From: Podarcis vaucheri
Lineage: Eukaryota
Assembly (NCBI GenBank): GCA_965113315.1
Contig: OZ220365.1
Direction: 5' to 3' (one strand)
DNA length: 64,000 nt
Both the position numbers and the translations under genes were made by a program. Numbering within the stretch: the stretch's first letter is position 1; each line of letters begins with the position of its first letter. The notes under the pieces are model-generated. The model saw nothing but the letters and a program-made list of their open reading frames with translations, did not search any database and was not told the DNA's origin. Positions 35,787-48,287 of the stretch are shown one piece after another.

Positions 35787-37444
35787 TGGCAGTGGGAGCA
35801 TGCCCTGCTCCAGAAGCTGCAAGCAGTTTCCCTTCTGTAAACAACCCTGTGCTGCTCTTTGAACCGCTGGTGCTTAAAACTTTTAAACCTCTGGAAGTTT
35901 AAACAACAGTGCAGGACTATTTAAAACCTCTTTCACAAACTTCCCTACATTCCTCTTCAAAACTCTAGAAACTAGCTGGTTTTCTGAAATTCAAAGAGTA
36001 GCACAGCACTGTTTGAACACTGCCCAGCTGCGCATTATATTCAGAACACTCAGGGCTTTAAAGTGCAGCATCTCCTGATGTCACAGGGACATCTGTGAAA
36101 TTGGATATGGATAAGGATCTAGTCCACCAGTGAGAAATGTTTCACCATCCCCTGGACTGACCAGACAGAAGAGAAGGGCAATCGAAAAGAACAGCAAATT
36201 GCATTCTCTGTAGTCTGAAGCCTCTAAATGACAGTTTGTCAAAAGCACTGTCAGGGTTGGAAAGAAGGAAAATGCAGGACTAAACTCCTAAGTGCAATTA
36301 TATTTAAACTTGTCTATAATTATAGCTATAGATCTGTCTATGTTTTTAGCTTTTGTTTATTTCAGTCTGCGTAAGTGCTATCACAAATCATTGATCATTC
36401 TTAACCCCTTGAAAATGCACTGCTGATAAAGTTACAGTTTATGGCTAATACAATCATTGTTGTACTTCCTTCAAAATCCTCTTAAAACTGACCTCTTCCA
36501 TGAAGTCTTTGGCACATCCCCTTAGTTCCCATGATGCACTAGAACTCAACGTTAAGCTTTCTTTAAATATGTCCCACTAAAACAACCACGTAATGCTTCC
36601 CTGTTAACCACTCCCCTCAGTTCTCTTTATTAGGACTTGACCCCAAACATCAAATTTGCAATCCCACCAATAAACACTCCTTAGAGCATGTCTGAAATCC
36701 AGCATTGTGTGAGTTGACTTCTGCTTGTGTATGGAGACCACTGGGTGTCAGTTTGTGGCTTCACACATTCAGGTCTAAGGTGGAATTTATCTTCCCTCAT
36801 CCCAAAACCATCTCAGAAGAAAGTCTGGTTGAGAGGAGTTAATCAAGAGTCTAGTAAACCCAGACATTCATGAGGGACAGGGCTATCAATGGCTGTTCTG
36901 CCTCCATGGCTGGAGGGAATATCCTTCTGAATACCAGTTGCTGGAAATTGCAATGGGGAGAGTGCTGTTGACTCCCTTAGGATGAACAGGTAGCTAGCTA
37001 TATGTAATGTGTGAATAGCGCTCTCTCCCCACTCCCCATTTTCATGGGCACAGAAATGCTAACTGAACTGTTTTACATCAGTAAATCAGGATCACAAACA
37101 CCTTTTAAAAATGGTGGATGACCATTCAAATGCTCCCAAACTGTTTATAGAGCCATACTGACCTTTATCTGCAGGGTCCAAAAATATGACTGACAAAATT
37201 AATATCAAATATATATATATATATCTGGAAATTTATTTCTGTTGCATAGATTTTTCTAAAGGGTATTCTCCCACCATAAGTTTATTTATTTATATATTTT
37301 TTGGAAAAGAGAACATGGTATATTGTGCATGAGATAGTACTGAAGACGGAAAAAAGAATGCAAAGTTGCTAAGAATGTTTTGAAAATGATTTTGGTCAAC
37401 GTAGGCTCTTTAGAATCACAATTCAACATCAACTGTATACTTAC

Positions 37445-37573
37445 TAGTTTTGCACTGGCAGATGCGACAACCATTTTGGTCTACTCTGAAGTCATAAATA
37501 CAATCCATCTCAGTTAATGTGCAATTCACCAGAGGATAACACGTGGGTGGACCTATTGTGATGTATGTTGGCT
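37445..37573 (-). CDS. CRIM1: CRIM1 exon 8 (antistasin-like repeat 1)
   Basis: ccattag|AG CCA; translates EPTYITIGPPTCYPLVNCTLTEMDCIYDFRVDQNGCRICQCKT; donor GTAAGT; 129 nt. Correct frame not in ORF track. Confidence 0.95.
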
Positions 37574-38754
37574 CTAATGGAAAGAAAGGAATAATTTATT
37601 TTAAAATATGCACATGCTAAGATCTAAGAGTCATTAATGGAAATGCTTATTCAAATGAGTTAAAATTTGGACATTGTCGGCTCTAGCCAACTAGAAAAAC
37701 TTGACTACGTTTGTAGCAGAACAGCATTTAATTGCTCAGATCCCATTAACTATCTGCTTTGAAATCTGAAACTGAGATTTTTTACACTCCCCCAGTTCCT
37801 GACCCTAACAGGATCTGACTTTATCTTTGCCATAATTTTGCTCAAGGTGCTAACTGTTGCTTTGTGCAACACACTTGGTACGGCTAGGGACTAAAACCAT
37901 TGTCTGCAGTGGAGAGCCTACCATATTTGTTCAGTGACTCGTAGTTTCAGCCTGCAACCAAACATATCCCAAAGCTAAGACCAGTCTCACCAGAATCCAT
38001 CTTTCAGTAAACTTAAACAAAATAATTAATTTCACATATTATGCAAATGAGCTTGTGGCAATCATTGCCTGCGCAACTCCTTTAAAAGATCAACTGGAAC
38101 TTAATGTGTTGGATCCAATGTTTACTTAAAGCATACAAAGATAAAACTCAATATCCATAAATTTGAACCACATGCCTGTATCTCAACTTTCTGTGGCTTG
38201 TTAATTACATTGAAGAGTATGCACACTAGACAGTACATACACAAGTGTTATATTCATAGATGTATGTATGGTGTGCTAAGCTTGCCTAGTAGGCAAGGAA
38301 ATGCAGTCTTGTTTCGCCACCACAAATACTCTACACATACAGAAGTTCATTGGAACCAGACCATTATTCTTAATTTCAAATCAGTTTTCTAGTTCATATG
38401 ATAAATTTCCAGACCATCAGACACAGAAATGTACATATTTTATATTGCATAGTATTTGCAAGATATTTTAGTGGCCATTTCGCACTATTTTTGTGAATAC
38501 ATAGAATACACCATGTGAACACACAATACAGATATGCTTTGTCAAGTTTGAAAGACTTATGTATACACATTTCACCATGTTCTTTAAAACGCACATGACT
38601 GAGGTCTCAAACTGGCCTTTTGTTGACACCATTAAATTCATACATTCTATGTGCATAATTTCCTATGAATGCAATGAAAATAATGCTGCCAAGTATTTGT
38701 CAGTAATAAGAAAACAGATGATTTTTGAGAGAAATTCAGAACGCCTTACATATT

Positions 38755-39206
38755 TGTCAGGGAACTGCCATCAGCTCAGAGGCGAGAGGTGGAAGGGCAG
38801 TTGGGTTACGGGGAGCCTCCAAAGATCGTGAGAAGCAGCACTTCCTCTGCGGAGGAGGGAAGCCACACTTCCAGTGGGGAAGGGATGCAGGGCTCGGAGG
38901 ATGCAAGGGAGAGCCACAGCACCGAGCATGAACAAAGCAGGAGGGGAGGCAGGTCTCCCTTTGCCCACGCCCTCCCTGTGCAGTCGGTTTACGGCAGAGA
39001 GGGGAGGCATAGGATGGGGGCCAAGAGACTACTCTGCTGGGGAAAGTTTAAGGACCGCCCACTCCCAGATTCTGCTAGCGACTGAGAAGACATGGAAAAG
39101 AGTCGATCTGCATTGTGAACGTTTTGGACAGATAATAAAGCCTTGAAAAGACCAACGGGGAGTCTTGCCTGTTTGCTCTCGAGCAACCACGCCAGCACTG
39201 ATAACA
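38755..39206 (+). mobile_element. Solo LTR (Gypsy-like, 452 bp), antisense to CRIM1
   Basis: TGTCA...ATAACA termini, perfect 5-bp TSD ATATT, AATAAA at 39134-39139. Confidence 0.85.
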
Positions 39207-40074
39207 ATATTTAAAGAACAAAACAAAAATATAAGCTATTGGTATTTGGAATCCTCTGATTCTGCAAGGACCAATGCCAGTGCCAAAACAGATTCAGTTC
39301 ATTGAACTGATAAATGCTGCAAACAATTTAGATGAGCTTGAGAATTCTATTAGATCTACCACAGAGGCATAACAAAGTGAAGCCAGCAAAGGCTGTTATT
39401 AGTGAAACCATTATCACTCAGAAAGGCTTTCATGTTTTGCTGTGCACTGTGCAATTATTGTAGAAGAAAACCACTGAAATGGTGCAAATATCTTATTTCT
39501 AATGTCATAGTAGTCCCAATAGATTTTAAATGAGTTTGAAATTTCATTTTGTTAGGCACAACGTAAGTAGACTGACTCCACAAAGAAAATGTATAGTCCA
39601 GACAGTCATGATCAAGTGTGCTAAATCATTATTTTGTATTTGTGATATCAGATATAATGTTAAGCTGAGAAGAGCTAACATTTTTAAAACCTTCATTTAT
39701 GTAAACAAATTATTGCAAAATTGGATTAGAAATACATGTTAGATAAAGCTAGATGCTAGCAAAACAGCTCCCTGTACATCTGAATGTTTTGAAACTTGAG
39801 GTAGGAAAAAAAAATCAAATTGTTAACAGGGCCTTGGGGGGGGTCAATGCGCTTTTTATCTAGAAGGTGCTATGCCACATGTCCAATATGTGCGTCTCAG
39901 TGAAAAATCACAATGTTTGATAAGGAAATCCTTCAGAAAACTTGACGAACAATCCTACCAGAATATGCATAGCTTAGTATTTACCAAAGACAAAGGTTTT
40001 ATTATTCATAAAATTATTCATGTCATGCAGCTAGAGAATGGATATTCTTTCCCATAAGGATATAAGAAGAGCCT

Positions 40075-40395
40075 GCTGGATTCATGAACATAAGATGGAA
40101 CGGAATGTTGGACAATTAAGGGCAGATACAAAAATATATTTCTTCATGCAGCACATAGTTAAACTATGGAACTCACTGCCACAGGAGCTAGTGATAACCA
40201 CCAACATGGATGGCTTGAAAAGAGAATTAAACAAGTTCATGGCAGATAAAGCTATAAATGACTACTAGTCATGATGGCTATGCTGTACCCAAAGGAGTGT
40301 TCTTGTGGGTTTCCCACAAGCATGGGTGGCCACAATGAGAACAGGATGCATCCATTGGCCTGACCCAACAGGCTCTTATTATGCCCTTGTGTTAA
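40075..40395 (+). mobile_element. CR1 LINE 3' end
   Basis: Frame ...GQLRADTKIYFFMQHIVKLWNSLPQELV...DGLKRELNKFM (CR1 ORF2 C-terminus) plus 3' UTR. Confidence 0.8.
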
Positions 40396-42100
40396 AAGCC
40401 TATTGAAATTTTAACATGGTGTTCAGGAAATATTGAAATATTTATTTCAGTCTTTGTTGGATGCTGAGAAGAGATCTGGAAATAAATTTTAAATATTTTA
40501 TTTATACATTTACATTGCTGTGCTGTTATTCTCAATTACTTATTTCAACCCTTGAAAACTACAATTGTTTATGTTTTGCATATTCCTGAAGGATTGCTGT
40601 TTTTTCTTGAATAATGTGTTAGAACTTCTGTAATGCCTGGCAGAAACAACTGCTGGTAGTTATTCATATGTGGGTTGTTTTGTTTTTTTATAGGTGCAGC
40701 TACTCCCATACAGATTCCAATTCTATACATCTCAATATTTCTCTCAGAACAAGCTTACCAATAACTAACTTTTCCTATCCACAAAGGTAAACCCCAAGAT
40801 AGATTAATTTTATATGGATGCCTGAGTTTCAATAAGCTGCAAAAGAGGACAAAAGAAATAATTTCAGACCCCTCCCTCCCCCTCAAAAAATGCAGTTACA
40901 AAAAAAGGAGGGGGAAATCAGCTCTTTTCACTTCACTGAACAAGACTCAACAAATAAAGCTAGTTCAGCTACTGCCAGGCTTCTAGCTATTTGAATAGAC
41001 AAACAGTTAAGCTTGAAAAAGCACACGTGGTCATGTGACCTAGGTTAGCCTTTCATTGCTGCCCTTGACAAACTGCAGAAGAAAGACTGAGTGCACAGAT
41101 GACGAGACAATGGATGGGAAAATAACATTCCGTCTCTGTATATTTTAGATGTGACTCTAAACTGTAGAAAGATTTTTTTTAAAAGGGATGGAAATGGTAA
41201 AGAAGGCTGCTGTTAATATTATTGATTACAATTATATTTAAAGATAAATGTAATTGCATCAGACAGCCATTGATTCATAGGAATTTCTGTGGAATAACAC
41301 TGTGGTATTTAACAAACTATATACACCAGCATTCAGAAAGTCTATCGAGAAAATAACATTGACAGACTAAAGTTTAATGCTGAACTAGCTAAATAATGTT
41401 GACAGGTTTACTTGTCATAATAAACACCCAATGTGATGCCATTTTATCAAGTGAATCTACCAACCCAGCTGCATATATGTCTGTAACCACTCAACTTCTC
41501 TTTAAATGCCTCCTGTATTCAGATTCTTTAGATCATGAAACACAATGCAAATAGATGTTTTCATTTTCTTTATGAACATGAGCTGTATTACCTACAACTA
41601 CTAAATAATTTCTCTGCTGAGTACTTTCCATTTATGAGTCATCTCCTTTCAAGTTTAGAAGAAAGTGTTTAAAAGTTTCAAAATGCAAGGTGCATATTAG
41701 AATTACCTCAAATAATTTGTCCACATCATCTAGTTCATGTTGCGTCTCAGTGAGAGAGACGGCATTAAGAAGGTGGCACCTCTAATTAGTGGCTTTTCAA
41801 AAACTTCTACTCTCCTTACCAGAGACTTTAGTTAAAACAATCTAATAATTCAATATACTCTGTCTTCTATAATAAGGACTGCTTGGTTAATTAATTTTTA
41901 CCTGCCTACATTGCCCAATGATTGCTTGGGCACTGAGGATCAATAAGGTTTTGGTAGTCTATAAAAATTTTGAAATTGCTAAATGATCGGCATATATGCA
42001 TTATAAAACATTCATGAATATCCAAAAGAATTCAGATTTGGCAATGAATTGTAAAAATAAAACAAAACAAAACATGCAGGAAAAGATTTAGCAGACAATA

Positions 42101-42333
42101 CAGCGGTACCTCTAGTTATGAACTTCATTCGTTCCAGAGGTCCGTTCTTAACCTGAACCTGTTCTTAACTAGAGGCGTGCTTTTGCTAATGGGGCCTCTT
42201 GCTGCCACCAGCACACAATTTCCATTCTCATCCTGGAGCAAAGTTCTCAAATTGAGGTAACTCTTCCTGGTTAGCGGAGTTTGTAACCTGAAGCGTTTGT
42301 AATCTGAGCAGTTTGTAACTTGAGGTACCACTG
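42101..42333. mobile_element. Tc1/mariner (Tigger/pogo-like) MITE
   Basis: TA|CAGCGGTACCTC...GAGGTACCACTG|TA. Confidence 0.9.
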
Positions 42334-44933
42334 TACTTAGGTGAACAATTTCTAAGATCTACTCATGCTGTCTGCCAAAAGATAGGAAGGGTAGAACAGC
42401 CACCCCATTCCAGAACATGATAGTCCATCAACATAAACCAAAAATCTTTAAGTGTTATGGTCCTCAAAGGAGCTGGACTTACTTTGGACCCCTTGTGTTA
42501 AATTCATATGACAGAGCAGGCAATAGAAAGTTAGTTAGATTTCTTGGATCTTAACTTCCACACACAGTGTTCTGCTCATAGAATGGAGCTTCCTTACATC
42601 TTCCTTCCTAGCTCAATTCCTTTCCCCCACTGCCCCTGAACAACCCCTGGAAGCTTGGGGAGCCTTCAGAACAACAAGGGTGTGATTCAGGGAGGAGATA
42701 GGAAATAAGCAAAAGTTTGGAGCCTTCCTTATATGCATGTGGAAGTTTCTCTCCTCTTATGCCGGGCATCTTTCTATCTAAGCCACAGAGGCAAATGATT
42801 CATTAAAATGCCTATATTATAGTTTATTAAAATGTTATAAAGATATGCTCAAGTGCACAAAAGTGTGCAGCTGCAAGGTTAACTGATTAATCAAACATAA
42901 CAGTCTGTTTTGCCCCTGACAAACCTGTTCCTTAATTAACTTTTTAAACTTCCATGTTCTTTGTGGAACATTGTCTGTCTTCCAAAAAAAGTTAAATGCT
43001 GCCTCCTGAGCTGCATAATATGCGTTGACTTAAGCTTCCTGGAAAAACATTCATATCATTCCAAGGGTGACTAAATGTTTTCCATCCTCATAGCTAGCAT
43101 TCCAGACAGCTTTTCTTTTCCCCGAGTTCATTACATGAAAAATACCAGTTCCAAGTTCAGTGCTAGAGAATTTCCTTCCTGGTGCCCAAATTCCTAATGC
43201 AGAAACAACAAAGTGGTTTTAAGGCTGCATTGCTTGGTTTGGTCCTTTAATTAAAACTTTACAGAAGAAATAAAAGCAAAGAATTCACAAAGGAGGTGAT
43301 ATTCTACAGCAACAATAGAGGCAAAGGAAGAAACATGAAAACTCTCCCAACAGAGCAGACATGAGTATGGACAAGCCTGGAACAGAGTTGCATTCATTTC
43401 TCTTTTTTCAACATACCTCCACCTTCTCAGCTTTTTATATGAAGGGCAACACAGATTCACCAACTTCACAAGATGCCTATCAGTTCAGGAATATTTTCCC
43501 AAAACAATGTCTAAACCACGGGACTCCCACGGCTATGTATGGTTCAAGCATTGTGTGTCCTTTTTCAGAAAAAGGTCACAAGACTGATCATTGGAAAGAT
43601 CATGGAAAACTGCCACAAGTGAGAGTGCTCTTCACCATGGAATTCAGGTTCCAAAATTAATTAATTAATTACACCTGAGGTATCTAGCCAAAGGCCTGGC
43701 TCTCTGTGAAATCAGTGTCACCGTGGGCATCAAAAAAGGAAAGTCAATCAGGAGTGTGGCTTGTTGCTAACCTATCACAAATTTGGCCTCTTAGAATTTT
43801 GAACAGCTGCAGAGCTAGTGCTCTGAAAGTATCTAAAACCACAAAAAACCTAAACATTCGGGGGGGGGGAGAGAGAGAGAGAGAGAGAGAGAGAGCATAT
43901 TTTTGGTTCACATGTTCTTATTTTCAGAAGCCTAAATTTTTTTAATGCATTTTATAGTGGGGAGCCTGAAATAAAAATTATTTCTTTCAGACAGAAACAA
44001 TGTTGTTTTGAAGCCAATTCAGTCTTGTTGCAAATCCCTTAGATCTATGATCCAAAGCTAATAATATTAGTGATGATAGTACTGAAGAGGAAACAGGACT
44101 TGTTTTTTTGAGAGAAATACTTTCCAGTGTTTCAGAAAACGGAACATCTTCAGATACTTGGCACCTTCTCATTTTTTCACTCCTAATCAACAGTACTCAA
44201 ACAACTACTAAGTTGCAATGGGAAGTACATTCATGAAAATGTTCACCGTCCCCCACTATGAAATACAGCCCCTTTTCATGGCATTTGTATTCCTGCAAGA
44301 AAGTGTGCAAAGCTGCCAGGAAAGCTTGGGAAGAATTACAGAAAGAATCACCCAGTTACCTGGGCAACAGAAATATATCCTCTCTCTCTCTCCAATTCAG
44401 AGTGAGGGCAATGGGAGGGCTTTGTTTGCTTTCACTACTATTATCACATAGTCAAACCTGATCTGATGGTATTCAGAAGGGGGTGCATAACAGAAGGAAA
44501 AACAAACATGCCCCCCCTTGTCAGGGCAAGGGAGGCAATGTACCCTCATCGGAAACTAGCTGAATTTCAATGGCTGATTGCAAAGCAGTAGGGATGGGGA
44601 CCTGAATCTGCATCTAGAACAGAGCAGAAAACATTGGTGGGCAACGAAACTACCAGCAAATATGATGAAGCAGTGAAAATTTCTGACCGATAAAGATGTG
44701 TTCCTTCTTCCTCCTATGCAGAGTGTGGGAAATGGGAAGGCTTCATGTGCCCTCAGGAAAGTTGGCACCTAGTTGCTCTGATGTTCACTATATAATCTGT
44801 GCCTGGCTGAGGTCACATACTAGAGAAGCTCCTCTGAATGTTAACAGTAACTCTAGCACCACATCGAAAATCAACACTAGAAAAGTTTTTATGCCAATTC
44901 TTAAAATGGTATTTTGCATTCTCCATGCCTTAC

Positions 44934-45131
44934 CTTCACACATTGGACAGCATTCCCCAGGCACTTTTACAGGGTTCAAGCAGCTCTGTCCACAGGCTGT
45001 GGCAACACAGTGAGATTCTCCATTGATACACTGGCAGAAAGTGCAGTCATCTTCCCTCCAGCGGTCACCGTGTGCTTGAATCTGGCCATTAGCGTAACAC
45101 CCAGCAGGGTTACTAACGGGAGAAATGGAAT
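44934..45131 (-). CDS. CRIM1: CRIM1 exon 7 (VWFC repeat 2)
   Basis: Translates DSISPVSNPAGCYANGQIQAHGDRWREDDCTFCQC...GECCPMCE; AG/GT flanks; 198 nt. Confidence 0.97.
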
Positions 45132-45655
45132 CTAAAAACAACAACCCCAAACCACATCAAAATGGTTCAATTTATTTGTAATGTTTAATACATATGTTTT
45201 ATTGATAATATAGCATTTTGAACATTCTGAGAGAATGTCAACACAGGATTAAAAATAATTTATTACAAGACCACATTGATATTCATTACAACAGCAAGGG
45301 TGCACAGCTTTAAAAGTGTCAAAAATGTAAATTATCTTTCCCAAATGTTATCAACAGTGAATTATATTTTTACAGAACTTTATGAATTGGACTCTCTTTT
45401 AATAAGGAAAACTGACAGAAATACTACATTTGCAGAAGATATATAAGCACTAGAGATAATTCAGATTATTTATAAAACTCTTGGGGTATCAAGGAAGTGA
45501 ATAGCATCCTGAGCAGCCATCCCAATTTCAAGGTTCTTTTTCCAGGAATTATGAGCTATCGCTTCAACACATTAAATAATACTAAAATCTATGACGACTT
45601 ACAACTGGTGCAGGGGTTAGCTTCCAGGGACTACATGTAAAGCTGAAATCATGTA

Positions 45656-45897
45656 CAGTGGTATCTTGGGTTACAGACGCTTCAGGTTACATACGCTTCA
45701 AGTTACAGACTCCGCTAACCCAGAAATAGTGCTTCAGGTTAAGAACCTTGCTTCAGGATGAGAACAGAAATCGTGCTCTGGCAGCGCGGCAGCAGCAGGA
45801 GGCCCCATTAGCTAAAGTGGTGCTTCAGGTTAAGAACAGTTTCAGGTTAAGAATGGACCTCCGGAATGAATTAAGTACTTAACCCGAAGTACCACTG
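45656..45897. mobile_element. Tc1/mariner (Tigger/pogo-like) MITE, inverted relative to the 42101 copy
   Basis: TA|CAGTGGTATCTTGGGTTA...TAACCCGAAGTACCACTG|TA; internal TTCAGGTTA repeats. Confidence 0.9.
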
Positions 45898-45996
45898 TAT
45901 AGCTAAAACAAGCCCAGAACCACACCCGTGTGACCATCCCAACCTTCCTGAAGCCAGTGTGCTGAGTGGGCCTTGCCCCTGGGTGTAAAGTGGAGC

Positions 45997-46227
45997 CTTG
46001 CTTACTGGACTCTGGGACACTTCAGTGAGATCCCAGGACCCATTTGAGACTTTCCCAGAGCCCAGTAAGCAAGGCAGAGAGCTGAAAAGTGCTTTCTGTG
46101 TCAGGGAAAACAAGCCTAGATAGCCGTTTTAAACTCTCTGGTTTGCTTACTGGGCTCTAGGGGTTTCACAAGATCTCAGATGGTCCTGTGAGATCTCATG
46201 AGACATTCCCAGCGTTCAGTAAGCAAG
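45997..46227. repeat. Long imperfect inverted repeat (fold-back element)
   Basis: Perfect 16-bp arms at 46057-46072 and 46143-46158, extending imperfectly outward to 45997 and 46227. Confidence 0.8.
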
Positions 46228-46383
46228 CCTGGGAGCTTTCAAGCTCTTCACCTTGCATGCATTTAATTTGTGCAATCGCAGCTGGCTGGCCACCAAACAT
46301 GTAAAGCTGTCATTGCTGAAGTTAAATGCATCCAAGTTGTGAGTCGACTGTACTTTTAAATCAAATTCAAAGAGCACCAGGGC

Positions 46384-46384
<1 letters not shown>

Positions 46385-46418
<34 letters not shown>

Positions 46419-46439
46419 AGTAATAATAATAATAATAAT
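46385..46439. repeat. (AAT)n microsatellite abutting the CRIM1 exon 6 donor
   Basis: Interrupted AAT run that begins within the GTAATT donor on the minus strand. Confidence 0.95.
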
Positions 46440-46442
46440 TAC

Positions 46443-46625
46443 CTTCACATACTGGACAGCATTCTCCTTCTGGTACATAGTATCTGTCACAATGTAGCTC
46501 ACCACACTGTGCCGAGAAACAAATAGACACACCACCTTGGCATCGACAAAACCGGCAGGCATCCATTCGAAACATATCTCCATCATAATATTCCACACTA
46601 TTAAATATACAAGCTGGCTTCACTT
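46443..46625 (-). CDS. CRIM1: CRIM1 exon 6 (VWFC/chordin-like repeat 1)
   Basis: Translates EVKPACIFNSVEYYDGDMFRMDACRFCRCQGG...GECCPVCE; AG/GT flanks; 183 nt, phase 1 to 1. Confidence 0.97.
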
Positions 46626-48287
46626 CTGAAAATAGCAACAACAACAACAAAATAACTTTTCATGAAGGTGCTTGGCTATAAAAAGCACAGTGACTTAACT
46701 CGTGAAATTCTCAGATATATGATTATCTACTCCTTGGTAAAAAAAATAAATCTGGATTTTTGTTTCTGAAATGTTTCATGGTTTACTTAATATATACCAG
46801 GCTGAAAGTGCCTCAGCTGAAATTGCTCCTACTTGTGAAAGCTGGGGAACATGATTTTTGCTAATCCTACCTTCACCTACTGTAGTCCTCCAAGATACAT
46901 CCTATTTTGTTCTGGAGGGTCCCCTAACATTCAGGAACGCTTTTCAGGAGGGACTTAAGCTTGGAGGGTATTTTTTTTCTGGATGGCAGCTGCATATTCT
47001 AGGGCATGTTCTACATCTACAGTTATAAAAAAGAATGATAGTGACAGAAGAACTACTGGTGTACTCCAGCTACTCCATCCAACTATCAAGGAAAGAGCCA
47101 CTTATTTTGAACTTAGCCTCAGCTTCATCACACCTGAGCTAGGCCTTTGCAAAAAATCGGAAGAATTCAGGGTGCAGAAACAAAAAGTTCTATACACAGC
47201 CTCTTTACTGTGAGGCCGTAGGGTGATATTTAGCTCTCTTGTTTTAGTTCTGCTACCAGAGTTTGCTGGTGAACACTCAGCCCATGTTTTGTTTTGTTCA
47301 ATGAAATATGACTGGTGCTGTTCATTTTACATTTTATTTCAATAAAGATGTATTTTTTGAAAAATGCTCATGACTATGCTGGTTTCACAGATATAAATTT
47401 GGGATAAATTTCCTTCATTGGATCAAATGTCATGGCAAGCCCCCACATTACACAGAATCATTTGGCAGCACTCCTGCCCTTTTCTCTGAGCCCAATTTAT
47501 ATGTCAAACCCCATTCTAACTTTATGTACTACAAATACTTGTGCAAGGAAAAAGGCTATGTTGAAACATATTGCTAATTATTGGTTGATAATTAACTATC
47601 CTAATTTTTATTTTATTTTTTATCAATTATCCTGGAAACATTCATATTCAAGAGTGGCACATGAAAATGAATTATTTTACCGATTCATCTCATGGATAAA
47701 TTGCCTAAGAATTTTTAAATATTGTCTATTCTTAATGGAAGCTAACATACCACAGCGGCTTCAGGCCAAATTAGATGCAACATTAAACACCTGCTTTAAT
47801 GTTGCATGTATACCTTTACAATTGCAAATAGCAGCACCAGCGCCCCCAATCAGGAAGTGAGGGAGGAGCCTTTTCCTGTGCCTGCACTGTAGCCCTGACC
47901 AAAAAAATGCCCTTTTGAATGTATTTACATTGGGAAGGCAGCTCCCACTTAGCCCAACAGGAAATTCCCTCTTAATGAAAATTTGTTGTGACTCTGACCC
48001 AGGGGAAGCATTAAGCTTTCCCTCCCTGTTGTGGTCCAATCCTAATTGGGGGAGTCAATGACTGCTATTTACAGTTTAAAAAGGGCACATGGTCATTAAA
48101 CAACATTAAACCACAGAATGTGCAGTGACACAGACGTCTCCAATCAAGGTGGCTTTGGACTAGCAACACACTCTTTCAGCCTTAGCTTCTTTACTGGCAA
48201 TAAAGGAAAAAATAATATGGATCGATCTCACAGAGTTGTTGCAAGTACTACTGTGATAATGTATACCTAGCACTTTGAAGACACTAA

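Noticed and set aside
35422-35862. 146-aa ORF with poly-Glu
   Set aside because: Off-frame read through the RTE 3' end; the poly-E is the (GAA)n tail.
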